DNA of 64,000 bases from a virus. The first letter of the stretch is position 1. The number at the start of each line of letters is the position of its first letter. Made by a program: the position numbers and the translations under genes. The stretch is from positions 19,288-83,287 of IMG/VR virus record IMGVR_UViG_3300004369_000006. One strand, 5' to 3'. This document shows, piece after piece, positions 38,173 through 47,952 of the stretch. Under the pieces are notes generated by a model, which worked only from the letters and a program-made list of their open reading frames with translations, did no database searches and had not been told where the DNA came from.

Positions 38173-39036
38173 ATGGCAACAAAAACAAAGACAAGTTCTT
38201 TTACATTACCTGACAAAAAGATTAGGATTGTACCTAACAAGAAAGGCACAGCTTTCATTCCTGACACTTCACATCCTGCAAGTTTCTTGATGGATGGGTG
38301 TAAGAATGTTTATGTAGTACCACAATTGCGCAATGGACAATTGCAGAATCCTTTGACTGACGAGGAAAAAGATTTCTTTGAAAACTCATCAGAATCAGGA
38401 TTAAGCTTTGAAGCAGGAGAGTTGAGTATCTACAAGAAGAAAGATAACTTTTGGAATAACTTCTCGGTGGAGTTAGGCAAGAGTAGTAAAACATTGGATT
38501 TAAGTAATCCATATGATTATTTTGAATACAAAGTCTTATTGTTAAATTCTGAGTTCGTAGCACCTGATTATGATTCACGAAATGACAAGCGGACATATAA
38601 ATATTATTTAGTTGACGATTTAGATGAAGCTAAAAGCAAATCAGCAGAATACGGCAAAGAAGCTGCAGCGTGGAGGTACTTCGATGAGGTCACCAAAGAC
38701 CGAGCAAAAGTGCGTAGTGTTCTGCGACTTATGGGTAACTCTACGTCAACAGATGACTCAGACGACTTTTTAGCAAAAGAGTTAGGGTCAATTATTAAGA
38801 ATCCTGGAGGTATCGATAGGTTCTTAAGTATAGTTGAAGACGGAGATATTGAGTTAAAGATGTTTATTCATCAGGCTTTAGAAATCCGAGCTTTAACTTA
38901 CAAGAAAGGAAACTACTACTTAAACGGTAAAACAAGTCCAATTGGAGATTTTGAAGCAGTAGTGAAATTCTTTAAAGAAGATGAGAATAGTGAACTTATG
39001 GTTACTATTAAAGCTAAAATTAAATCAGTGCTATAA
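38173..39036 (+). CDS. Conserved crAss-like protein downstream of the capsid gene
   Basis: LTDEEKDFFE...NFW...LDLSNPYDYFEYKVL; conserved position. Confidence 0.7.
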   Translation: MATKTKTSSFTLPDKKIRIVPNKKGTAFIPDTSHPASFLMDGCKNVYVVPQLRNGQLQNPLTDEEKDFFENSSESGLSFEAGELSIYKKKDNFWNNFSVELGKSSKTLDLSNPYDYFEYKVLLLNSEFVAPDYDSRNDKRTYKYYLVDDLDEAKSKSAEYGKEAAAWRYFDEVTKDRAKVRSVLRLMGNSTSTDDSDDFLAKELGSIIKNPGGIDRFLSIVEDGDIELKMFIHQALEIRALTYKKGNYYLNGKTSPIGDFEAVVKFFKEDENSELMVTIKAKIKSVL

Positions 39037-39039
39037 TAT

Positions 39040-39798
39040 ATGAACGCACAAGAGTTTAAAGTAAGGTTTGAAACATTGTATCAGAGTGGCGGAAGAACAT
39101 TATCTTCTGCCCCTCTTGATGATTATGAGATATCTGTATTTCTTACAGATGCTCAGATGATGCTTATTAAGCAACATTATAATCCTTACGGTAATACTTA
39201 TCAAGAAGGCTTTGAACGCTCTGAGAAAAGACGTAGAGAGTTTTCTGAGCTTGTGCGTAATAATAGTTCTGCACCTCCTTTTACAGATAACACATTACAG
39301 ATTGGCGATAGCACAAGTTTGTTATTTAATTTGCCACAAGATGTAATGTTTATTGTACAAGAAAAAGCATTGGTTCGTTCACAGAATCCTTGCTATAACG
39401 GAACTTATGTGGACATTAAACCTATTACACACGATAGGTATAATTCCCACAAGAAGAATCCCTTTCGTAAGCCAGACCCTGAAATTATTTGGCGAATGGA
39501 TTTAGGGGATAACAATAACGATAATACACGAGGTATTGTAGAATTAATTTTTGATCCTATTATATTTCCTATTCGTTATGATTGTCGCTATGTGAAGAAA
39601 CCTAGTCCTATCATTGTAAGTGACGTATCATTGATTGATCCAACACTTACTATTGAAGGTATTACGGGTCCTTCAGAGAGTGATATAAGTGATGAATTTC
39701 ACGAAGAAATAGTAAAACTTGCAGTATCATTAGCATGGGGTTACCAGGGTAATCCTTTAACACAAGTCGGTATAGGCTTGGCTAGAGCTGCTGAATAA
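39040..39798 (+). CDS. Tail ring / head-tail adaptor protein
   Basis: APLDDYEISVFLTDAQ...FERSEKRRR...YVKKPSPII...HEEIVKLAV. Confidence 0.8.
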   Translation: MNAQEFKVRFETLYQSGGRTLSSAPLDDYEISVFLTDAQMMLIKQHYNPYGNTYQEGFERSEKRRREFSELVRNNSSAPPFTDNTLQIGDSTSLLFNLPQDVMFIVQEKALVRSQNPCYNGTYVDIKPITHDRYNSHKKNPFRKPDPEIIWRMDLGDNNNDNTRGIVELIFDPIIFPIRYDCRYVKKPSPIIVSDVSLIDPTLTIEGITGPSESDISDEFHEEIVKLAVSLAWGYQGNPLTQVGIGLARAAE

Positions 39799-39835
39799 CT
39801 TTGTAAATTTTGTTTAATTAATACCTTTTTCAAAA

Positions 39836-41068
39836 ATGAGCGAATTTCAAAAATCAACATTCCAAGTGCTCGTTGCAGGTACTACCGCAGGCTCTTATCA
39901 GCCTACTGGTACATTTAGTGATCTAAATGACTTCCTTGCAAACGGTGCTGACTTGGAGCTCGCTATGTTTGACGCTGCAGGTGGTGCTGTAGGTTCAGGA
40001 GATTCTTTCTTCTTCGTACTTAAAAATGCAAAAGAAGCTAATGGATTTGTCCGTTCAGAACTTATTAACCCTGCTAAAATTTCAAGTGCACGCTATGCAG
40101 ACTTTGCTGCTGGCACAAACCAAGTATCTTACATTGGGTTTAACGGAACTTCAGGATCATTTGATACACCTGCTGGTGGAGCTGGATTGCTTTACCAAGC
40201 TAACTTCATGATTCCTGAGTATGGTTCACACAGTGCAAATGACTTTGCAATCCGTCAAGGACACTACCAAGCTGCTGCTGCAGATGGTCAAGTACAAGTT
40301 GCTAACGGTCTTACCCAAAGTATTGTTTGGAACATGAGCCGTGATGCAGACACCATTATGCGTCCTCATCGTATTACTAGTAGTACTACTGCTACTCCAG
40401 CAGCTGGTGCTATTGTACCTACACTTGGACAAAAAGTAGTATCCGTTACTACTGCTCTTACAACTGCTATTCCTGCTGTAGGAGATTACTTAGGAATTAC
40501 TGTATCTGTAAACGGTTCTAACGTAATTACTTATTACAAAGTAGTTGCTATTAACAACGTAAACGGTGGTACAATTACTTTGGATACTGAATTCCAAGGA
40601 CCTACTGGTTCTGTAGCATTTGGTGCTCTTCGTGTTGTAACTGCTGCTAACGCTGCTTTAGGTAACTGGGGTATTGCTCTTGTAGGTGGTGACAAGAAAT
40701 TTGTACTTGGTAAAATGGAACTTGGTAAAATGAAGTTCACTACCACTTTGATTGACATGGGTACTACTACTCTTACTGACAAAGCTACTTCAGCTTATGT
40801 AGGTAATGGAGATGGTCGCCGTGTACAAGAGCTTGAGTGGGCTGGACAAGGAAATGAGCGTGATCTCTATCGTACGGGAGAACCTTATTTGTTTGACGAA
40901 GTAATCAATGCAGTTGCTGCTGCTTCTTATGATGTTGTAGCATTTAATTACTTCTCTGAAACAGAAAGTGAATTTGTGAATACACGTTCACCACGTCAGC
41001 TTTATGTAGCCGTTGAAGAATCAGAAGCTTCTTTGAAAGCAGACTTAACTGCTGCAGGGATTATCTAA
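39836..41068 (+). CDS. Abundant structural protein (auxiliary capsid protein-like)
   Basis: RSELINPAKI...GNGDGRRVQELEW..QG.ERD.YR...YDVV; Ala/Gly/Thr-rich, high-expression codons, followed by a terminator. Confidence 0.65.
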   Translation: MSEFQKSTFQVLVAGTTAGSYQPTGTFSDLNDFLANGADLELAMFDAAGGAVGSGDSFFFVLKNAKEANGFVRSELINPAKISSARYADFAAGTNQVSYIGFNGTSGSFDTPAGGAGLLYQANFMIPEYGSHSANDFAIRQGHYQAAAADGQVQVANGLTQSIVWNMSRDADTIMRPHRITSSTTATPAAGAIVPTLGQKVVSVTTALTTAIPAVGDYLGITVSVNGSNVITYYKVVAINNVNGGTITLDTEFQGPTGSVAFGALRVVTAANAALGNWGIALVGGDKKFVLGKMELGKMKFTTTLIDMGTTTLTDKATSAYVGNGDGRRVQELEWAGQGNERDLYRTGEPYLFDEVINAVAAASYDVVAFNYFSETESEFVNTRSPRQLYVAVEESEASLKADLTAAGII

Positions 41069-41102
41069 TAACTTCGACTACTTATTGCTATAAGTATTGT
41101 AT

Positions 41103-41138
41103 AAGAGAGGGGTACATGTATTGTACCTCTCTTTTTTT
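41103..41138 (+). terminator. Intrinsic terminator
   Basis: AAGAGAG.GGTACA-tgtat-TGTACCTCTC followed by T7. Confidence 0.85.
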
Positions 41139-41170
41139 ATTTCTAATTTTATAGCTAAATTCCTTATACT

Positions 41171-41755
41171 ATGAACTTTACTGCAACAGCAGCTACTAAT
41201 CAAAAGTCCATTGTTTTAGTGACAGATCTTGCAACAGTAAATGCAGATTATCCCGTATTAGAAATCTATATTAATAATACCCTGTTTGGAACGCTAGTTG
41301 TTGGAGGAAGTGTTACAGTAACAAATGGAACTACATATACTACTACATCAGGTATGTCTAACCTATTATTTACTGCATTAGGTTTAGACATGACTTTTAG
41401 TATTACTACTTCAGTACTAGGGCTTACAACACCTCCTGCAGCAGATGATATTTTAAACACTGGTATTTATCAATTCAAGTTGATTCCACAAAATGACAGT
41501 GTAAATTCAGAACAATACGCAGGAGAAGCAATTACACATGAGATTATGTGTTGCATTACGGATAAGCTATCTGATTTATATTGTGGAAATAGTACCTGCG
41601 ACAAAGGCGATGTACTAAAATCTGTTAGTAATATTAACGGAGCTATTACAGGGGCACGATATAGTGCTTTACAATTAAAATTTGATGATGCTATTTGTCT
41701 GTATAACGTAGCAAGTTCACTCTGTGGTTCTGACTGCGGATGTGGATGTAGCTAA
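41171..41755 (+). CDS. Tail hub-like protein with Cys-rich C-terminus
   Basis: CC...YCGNSTC...CGSDCGCGCS; precedes the fibre genes. Confidence 0.6.
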   Translation: MNFTATAATNQKSIVLVTDLATVNADYPVLEIYINNTLFGTLVVGGSVTVTNGTTYTTTSGMSNLLFTALGLDMTFSITTSVLGLTTPPAADDILNTGIYQFKLIPQNDSVNSEQYAGEAITHEIMCCITDKLSDLYCGNSTCDKGDVLKSVSNINGAITGARYSALQLKFDDAICLYNVASSLCGSDCGCGCS

Positions 41756-41765
41756 AAGATAAGCC

Positions 41766-42131
41766 ATGGCAAAGTATTTTGATGACGCATATATAGATGA
41801 TTTACTCGGACAGCTTTCTCAAGCTATTTGGCGTAAATCAGCTAAACTATGTCACGGGGTAGAAACAGGTGATTTTGATTGCAACTTTCTTGAGATTGAA
41901 GAAATCACTATCCTTGCAGATATTATTAAGAATCATCCTACTTGTATCAAGTCAGATGCTTCTTGGAATTGTATTATAGATCGGGTACAAGACTTTATTG
42001 ATACTTGTAACATTCCTGGTCCTGTATTACCGCCACAAATAGTAGTACCTAGCTGTGACGATAACAACATATTAACTGAAAACTTATTCTGTATCATTAC
42101 AGAACAAGGAGAATTTGTAATTATAGAATAA
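41766..42131 (+). CDS. Second hub/fibre-docking protein
   Basis: Cys-containing helical protein ending ILTENLFCIITEQGEFVIIE. Confidence 0.55.
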   Translation: MAKYFDDAYIDDLLGQLSQAIWRKSAKLCHGVETGDFDCNFLEIEEITILADIIKNHPTCIKSDASWNCIIDRVQDFIDTCNIPGPVLPPQIVVPSCDDNNILTENLFCIITEQGEFVIIE

Positions 42132-44065
42132 TGGCTACAAAGAAGGTATCGGGGATGACTCCCCTAACAATAGCTAATGTGACCTCTAATCACTTGATTA
42201 TGTCTGCAGATCCTTCAACGGTGAATAACTATTCAACTCCGTTTGAAGATTTGTTTCATAGTCTAGCAAATGCGCAGGTATCAGGTACAAGTTTATGGAG
42301 TGGTTTTAGTCGAACTACTTTGACATTTAAAACCTTACTTGCAGGTAGCAGTAAACTTACTATTGCTGATAGTGGTACTGCTATTACACTTGATGTAAAT
42401 GAATCTGCTCTTTCTTTAGCAAATATGACAGGGGTTGTGCCTTTGATTAATGGAGGTACACAAACTGCACTTACTGCTCCTCCTACCAATGCTTTAATGT
42501 ATTGGAATGTAGCAACTCAGCAAATGATGTGGTTGCAGTTAGGGACATATCTTAGTATTCAAGGAGGTAACACATTGGTATCTGCTGATTCAGATACTAC
42601 ATATACTGCAGGTAATGGATTGAACTTAGTAGGTACAGTATTTAGTGCCAACTTCGGTTCTACTGCTAATACAGTTACTGAAGGAGATACACAATATATT
42701 TTTACTGCAGGTTCAGGTATGTCGGGTGGTGGAACTATTACTTCAGGTGCAGGAGGTACAATTACCCTTACTAATGCAGACAAAGGTTCTGACCAGTTAG
42801 TATTTAAAAGAGTTGTAGGAGATGTAGGTGGATATGATACCGTATCTAATACTGACTTTCTTAATGTGTTAGGTGGTACAGGTATTGGTACAGTTGTTAC
42901 TCCTAATACAGTAACCATCAATAGCACCCTGAATATATGGAGCACAATCACCGCAGACTCTGGCAGCACAGCACCTTCAGTAGCAGCAGACACACTAACT
43001 ATTGCGGGTGGTACAGGTATAAGTACGACTTTAGTCGGAAACACTCTAACGATAAACAATACAGCAGGTGCAGCTGGAGAAGCAAATGATGGTATCAATA
43101 TTGGTACTGGTGCAGGTTCTATATATGCAGGAAAGTCAGGAGTAAGTTTACAGTTTAAATCTCTTGCTGCAGGTACTAATGTGAACATCACAAGTACTGC
43201 AGATACCATTACCATTAACTCTCCATTCCAAAATACCTTTAAAACTATTGCAGGCAATCTAGGAAACTATACAGCTTTAAGCTCTGCAGATACTATAAAC
43301 TTTATTGGAGAAGATGGTATATCAACTACCGTAGCAGGTAGCACTGTAACTATTACAGGAAACACTGCAGATAGCGGTTGGTTACCATTACCTATATGGA
43401 CAGGTGCTACTGGGGTACAGAACATTTTAAATATCCCTGAGCCACCTGAATTCCGTGTAGTGGGTCGTCAAGTATTCTTTAAAGGTTGGTTAGTTATTCC
43501 ATTGGATGATACATCAGGTGGTCTTGTAAATGACTTTGTAGCTATCCGTAGTACAAATGGCAATACGCCTTTGACTTCAGGTACGGGTATCAGTATTACA
43601 AATCTTACTGTGAGTATGCCTCCTATCTTTGCTAGTGGTACGTTATATCCTGATCAAACAATGCGTTTTAATGGATTGTTAGGATTCCGTAGAACTACGA
43701 CATCTGATACTTTTGATATGGTAACTGTTGTAGATCTTGAGTTTGACCAAGCAGGAGATGTATTTGTACATAGTATCCGTGATCGTGAAACTGCAGGTGG
43801 ATCTACTTTAATATACAATCAACTACGTAATATTATTACTGTAGTTGCTGCAGCAGATAGAGCTTTAGATTGGAGTACATATCGCAGTTCTGCAAACAGT
43901 GGTGGTACATTACAGAATCTAGTTACTGCGGGTACAGATACATTCCCAATATCTTTTGATGGTACAGATGCAGAAAACTTTGGTGGCGTATATATTCCAT
44001 TAGATGGATTAAGTTATCTTGTAGATCCTGATGACGATGTAGATACCATCCATTCTTCATACTAA
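42131..44065 (+). CDS. Tail fibre protein 1
   Basis: Gly/Thr-rich repeats (YTAGNGLNL, DTLTIAGGTGIST, LQFKSLAAG); C-terminal DSGW...FRVVGRQVFFKG beta head. Confidence 0.85.
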   Translation: MATKKVSGMTPLTIANVTSNHLIMSADPSTVNNYSTPFEDLFHSLANAQVSGTSLWSGFSRTTLTFKTLLAGSSKLTIADSGTAITLDVNESALSLANMTGVVPLINGGTQTALTAPPTNALMYWNVATQQMMWLQLGTYLSIQGGNTLVSADSDTTYTAGNGLNLVGTVFSANFGSTANTVTEGDTQYIFTAGSGMSGGGTITSGAGGTITLTNADKGSDQLVFKRVVGDVGGYDTVSNTDFLNVLGGTGIGTVVTPNTVTINSTLNIWSTITADSGSTAPSVAADTLTIAGGTGISTTLVGNTLTINNTAGAAGEANDGINIGTGAGSIYAGKSGVSLQFKSLAAGTNVNITSTADTITINSPFQNTFKTIAGNLGNYTALSSADTINFIGEDGISTTVAGSTVTITGNTADSGWLPLPIWTGATGVQNILNIPEPPEFRVVGRQVFFKGWLVIPLDDTSGGLVNDFVAIRSTNGNTPLTSGTGISITNLTVSMPPIFASGTLYPDQTMRFNGLLGFRRTTTSDTFDMVTVVDLEFDQAGDVFVHSIRDRETAGGSTLIYNQLRNIITVVAAADRALDWSTYRSSANSGGTLQNLVTAGTDTFPISFDGTDAENFGGVYIPLDGLSYLVDPDDDVDTIHSSY

Positions 44066-44075
44066 AAGCTAAGTA

Positions 44076-47000
44076 ATGCCTACAAAGAAGTATTCACAGT
44101 TTACCGCCATAACACTGAATGAAATCGACAGCAATAAGTTGGTTACATTCGGTGATCCAGTAGCGGTAGATAATTACTATATTCCTTATCCTGAGTTATT
44201 CCCACAAGGAAATACTGCAGGAGGCGGTACTTCTTTGTTGGAAAGTGTAGTAAAAACTACGCTTACATTTAAAAGCCTTACAGAGGGTTTAGGCATTGAC
44301 ATTAACGAGAACGTAGCAGGAGAGGTAGAAATAGCCGTAAACCCTGCGGAAATAAATATAAACGCATTCTCAGGTGTCTTATCCCTAGCCAATGGAGGTA
44401 CAGGTTCTTCACTTAGTGCACCAGGTGGTGCTGCATTCTTAGCATATGATCCTGTTAGTGGATTAGTAGATTGGACTTTAGTAGGTGGAGGATTAACTAT
44501 TGGAGGTGGTACAGTAAGTGCCAATGCTTATTATGCAGGTACAGGTCTTACGCTTACAGGTGGAGATACTTTTAATGTGGTATATGGAGGCTTTCCTAGT
44601 ACAGCAGTAGAGGGAGATACACAGATTATCATTAATGCAGGTACTGGATTAGCAGGTGGAGGAACTATCATCTTAGGTTTAGGTGGTAGTGTAACGCTTA
44701 CCAATAACGATACAGGGTCTGCACAGAATATATTTAAAACTGTAGTTACAGACTCAGGTTCTTTAGTAGCTACGAGTAATGTAAGTACGTTACCTATTGT
44801 TGGAGGAACTAACGTAAATACCTCGGTAGTTGGTAACCAAGTAATCATCAACGCAGAGAGCTCCTCATGCATTCCTTACAACATTGAGTACACTGCAGTA
44901 CCAGGAGCACTTCCTAGTGCAGGAGAAGCCATCTTTAATACCTCAGATGAGGTCATTAGAGTACATGCTATAGATTCAGATGGTAATAGTCACGTAAATG
45001 AGTTAGATACCAAGTTCTTATCAAGCAGAGCTTTTGGTATGTTTTGGGCTGATCAAGCTGCTCCATACTTAAACAATAGCAGTCAATACTTTGACCAGTG
45101 TCGTTTTAAAGTAGATAGTATATCATGTGCTACTGCGCCTTTAGGACAAGGAGTAAATCCTACTCAAGGAACTATTGGAGATAATGGGGGTACAGGTACG
45201 CCTTATACCATCATTTATTCAAGCACATTAAACGGACTTAAAAGCGGCGGTAGTTCTGCAACAGAAGTTGTAGTATATCTAGACCCTACTACTGCAGCTA
45301 ATGCCAAGCTTACTTACAAGCGTGAACAAGGCTTTGTATTGGATAGTTTAGGCACATCTGTTATGGCTATTGCCACAGGATATAATAATCCATCAGGCAT
45401 TACTACAGATCCTTTAGTTACTAATCCTTTTGCTATTTGGTTAGATAGTCAAATGACTACTCCTGCAGGTGCAGGTTTTTATATCCTTAAAAGCGAATAC
45501 AATAGCGCAGTACTGCCTAAGAATGCTACAGAGTATTTAGGTACTGGACAATGGAGTAACCTCTTCCCTGGTTGGGATTATGTTCCTGCTACGCCTACAG
45601 GTACATCTACACAGATATGTACTATTGTAGGATCTGTAATGTCCGCATCTAAAGTATCAAGTGGGGTATCTTTCTACTATGAAATCCCTTGGTTACCTAG
45701 TGAACAAATAGGTGGATATACACCAAGTTCTAGTACTTTATCTAGTCTATGTATTGACATGGCAGGTAAAGACTATTGTGGTACTACATCATCTGTAGTA
45801 GATTCTACCTCTGAAACAATAACGATAGTTGATTATTCATCTGCTACTAATATGTTAGCGCATGTAGATGAGAATTTAACTATCCGTATTATGACGCTTA
45901 ATACAGGAGCAGGTACTACACAAAATCTATGGGAAACTATAACATCAGATAGTGGAAGTACCACTGCAGATGATCCTAATGATACCTTAACCATTGCAGG
46001 AGGTAATTTACTTACTACTTCTATTGTAGGAGATACATTAACTATAGATCATGATAACATTGGTACTCCTTCTGTATCAGGTAACAGTTTAGATATTATT
46101 ACTTCTGTTACTACAGATAGTGTAGGACATATTACAGCATTTGGACAAACATCTGTCGGACCTTTTGACAATTACAATAATTGGCAACTAAGAGTAGATG
46201 GTGGTACTGCTGATAGCATACTTACAGGACAGACTGTAAATGTCAATGCAGGTACAAATGTAACTTTAGGATATACCTCATCTACGAATACGTTAGTAAT
46301 CAATGCTACTGATACTGATACTAATACTACGTATGATTTAGACTCAATTCAAGTTGGAGCTAATGCAGCTATTACTTTAGTTGGTTCAGATGCTACTACA
46401 GATACAGTAACTCTAGTAGCTGGTACAAATATAACTTTAACAGACGATGGGTCTGCTAATATTACTATCGATGCTGCTGATACTAATACTACATATGATT
46501 TAGCGTCAGCACAAAACGGCACAGATGTAGATGTGACTTTAACTGGTTCTGATGCAAGTGTAGACACAATAACACTTGTAGCTGGTTCAAATGTGACTTT
46601 AACAGACGATGGTTCTAATAATATCACCGTAACGACTACTGATACTACGTATTCTGCAGGCACAGGGTTATCGTTAGTAGGTACTACCTTTAACAATACA
46701 GATCCTGGTTCAGCACAGAACATCTTTAAAAATATTGAAGTAGCAACTCAGTCTACAATTATTGCAGACAGTAACAATGATACTTTAACCATTGTACAAG
46801 CAAATGGTATTAATCTTACTACTGACGCAGGTACAGATACCTTAACTATAGATTCTACTATCTATGACATTGGGGTTCCTGCAGCTACTACAACTATACG
46901 CTTATCAGGTACTGGTGGTGGAGATGATCTTAGTACATCAGACATTACACTAAGTGCAGGTACAGGTATTTCTTTAAGTCATATCTCTACTTCTGAAATA

Positions 47001-47825
47001 CAAATTAGTGCTCCAGTATTTAGATCTCTTCCTGTTCCTAAAGTAGAGCTATTAAGCTATGAGCCAGGATCAGTAATAGTAGGATCCTCTTATCCTGATG
47101 TAACTATAGAATGGTTTGATTCAGTTACTAATAGTGCTGGAGGTACATTGAGTGTAGCTAAAGCTCCTTATGTAGTTGCTATGGATATTACAGATGAGAT
47201 GATTACTCAAGGAGTTTTTGTAGAAATGGTTTATTATCGGGGTAGATATGGTGCAGGTAAAAAGAGTTATGTAGCTCCTGCTCCTTATATTAGTGGGGCA
47301 AATCCTTTAGAAACTTTATATGGAAACCTAAATACACGTTCTGGTATTCATACTACAAGTGCAGGTCCTGTTTTTGTTCCTTTAGGTATAGATAAGCCTA
47401 ATCATTATCAGGTTACAAGTCCTAGTCAAACCATTAATGTATATGAGTATCTTAATGGTATGTTTACTCTTGCGCCAGTTAAATACAGAGATACTACAGG
47501 AACTACTCAGACACAATCATGTCCAGTTCCTGTTTCAAAACAAACTACTCGCTTTGATAGACCAAGTAGTAGGTTTGCTTATGGTAGCAATTATAGTCCG
47601 CTATATATTGCTTTTAGATATATCATGCGTGATAGTGGTGCTAATGGAGGCAACGGTGCTTTCATTTCAGGACCTCTATCCCATCCAATTGCTGTAGCAG
47701 CAAAGTATCATCCTTTTGTACAGGATCCGCTTACTACAGCCACGGTAGGTTTACCTACATGTACAATTCATCCTTTGTTTAATTCAGGAGTATTAAATTG
47801 TTGGCATGTTAATAGATTACCGTGA
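44076..47825 (+). CDS. Tail fibre protein 2 (1249 aa) with distinct C-terminal globular domain
   Basis: N-terminus paralogous to fibre 1 (TTLTFKSL, LANGGTG); repeated GSAQNIFK / DTLTI / AGTGLSL modules; ends TGA TAA. Confidence 0.85.
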   Translation: MPTKKYSQFTAITLNEIDSNKLVTFGDPVAVDNYYIPYPELFPQGNTAGGGTSLLESVVKTTLTFKSLTEGLGIDINENVAGEVEIAVNPAEININAFSGVLSLANGGTGSSLSAPGGAAFLAYDPVSGLVDWTLVGGGLTIGGGTVSANAYYAGTGLTLTGGDTFNVVYGGFPSTAVEGDTQIIINAGTGLAGGGTIILGLGGSVTLTNNDTGSAQNIFKTVVTDSGSLVATSNVSTLPIVGGTNVNTSVVGNQVIINAESSSCIPYNIEYTAVPGALPSAGEAIFNTSDEVIRVHAIDSDGNSHVNELDTKFLSSRAFGMFWADQAAPYLNNSSQYFDQCRFKVDSISCATAPLGQGVNPTQGTIGDNGGTGTPYTIIYSSTLNGLKSGGSSATEVVVYLDPTTAANAKLTYKREQGFVLDSLGTSVMAIATGYNNPSGITTDPLVTNPFAIWLDSQMTTPAGAGFYILKSEYNSAVLPKNATEYLGTGQWSNLFPGWDYVPATPTGTSTQICTIVGSVMSASKVSSGVSFYYEIPWLPSEQIGGYTPSSSTLSSLCIDMAGKDYCGTTSSVVDSTSETITIVDYSSATNMLAHVDENLTIRIMTLNTGAGTTQNLWETITSDSGSTTADDPNDTLTIAGGNLLTTSIVGDTLTIDHDNIGTPSVSGNSLDIITSVTTDSVGHITAFGQTSVGPFDNYNNWQLRVDGGTADSILTGQTVNVNAGTNVTLGYTSSTNTLVINATDTDTNTTYDLDSIQVGANAAITLVGSDATTDTVTLVAGTNITLTDDGSANITIDAADTNTTYDLASAQNGTDVDVTLTGSDASVDTITLVAGSNVTLTDDGSNNITVTTTDTTYSAGTGLSLVGTTFNNTDPGSAQNIFKNIEVATQSTIIADSNNDTLTIVQANGINLTTDAGTDTLTIDSTIYDIGVPAATTTIRLSGTGGGDDLSTSDITLSAGTGISLSHISTSEIQISAPVFRSLPVPKVELLSYEPGSVIVGSSYPDVTIEWFDSVTNSAGGTLSVAKAPYVVAMDITDEMITQGVFVEMVYYRGRYGAGKKSYVAPAPYISGANPLETLYGNLNTRSGIHTTSAGPVFVPLGIDKPNHYQVTSPSQTINVYEYLNGMFTLAPVKYRDTTGTTQTQSCPVPVSKQTTRFDRPSSRFAYGSNYSPLYIAFRYIMRDSGANGGNGAFISGPLSHPIAVAAKYHPFVQDPLTTATVGLPTCTIHPLFNSGVLNCWHVNRLP
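46317..46640 (+). repeat. Tandem 162-bp (54-aa) duplication in fibre 2
   Basis: GATACTAATACTACnTATGATTTA at 46317 and 46479; DTNTTYDL...TLVAG.N.TLTDDGS.NIT occurs twice. Confidence 0.85.
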
Positions 47826-47834
47826 TAAACTTTT

Positions 47835-47923
47835 GGGTGAGAGATTGTCCATGGTTGCCCTTTCGGGGGCAGCACTCGTTCAAGGCTCCTTCTTCGGAGG
47901 AAGTCGTTGTTCACCTCTCATCC
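47835..47923 (+). ncRNA. Putative structured RNA: symmetric three-way junction with two UUCG-capped arms
   Basis: P1 47835-43/47915-23; P2 47854-61/47866-73 (UUCG loop); P3 47884-92/47897-905 (cUUCGg loop); each junction contains UYGUYCA; G-U pairs favour the + strand. Confidence 0.65.
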
Positions 47924-47952
47924 CTCGAATATAATTAAACACTATATATAAA

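Noticed and set aside
42256-46723. Long antisense ORFs (e.g. 42559..43257, 46349..46723)
   Set aside because: They are shadows of Gly/Thr/Ala-rich fibre codons, with no independent protein features.
47835-47923. Terminator, tRNA, hammerhead ribozyme, CRISPR or TIGR-type array as explanations for the structured element
   Set aside because: It has no U-tract, no tRNA cloverleaf or T-loop, and no CUGAUGA/GAAA core. The repeats are only 7 nt and separated by self-complementary arms, and no Cas or Nop-domain gene is recognisable nearby.
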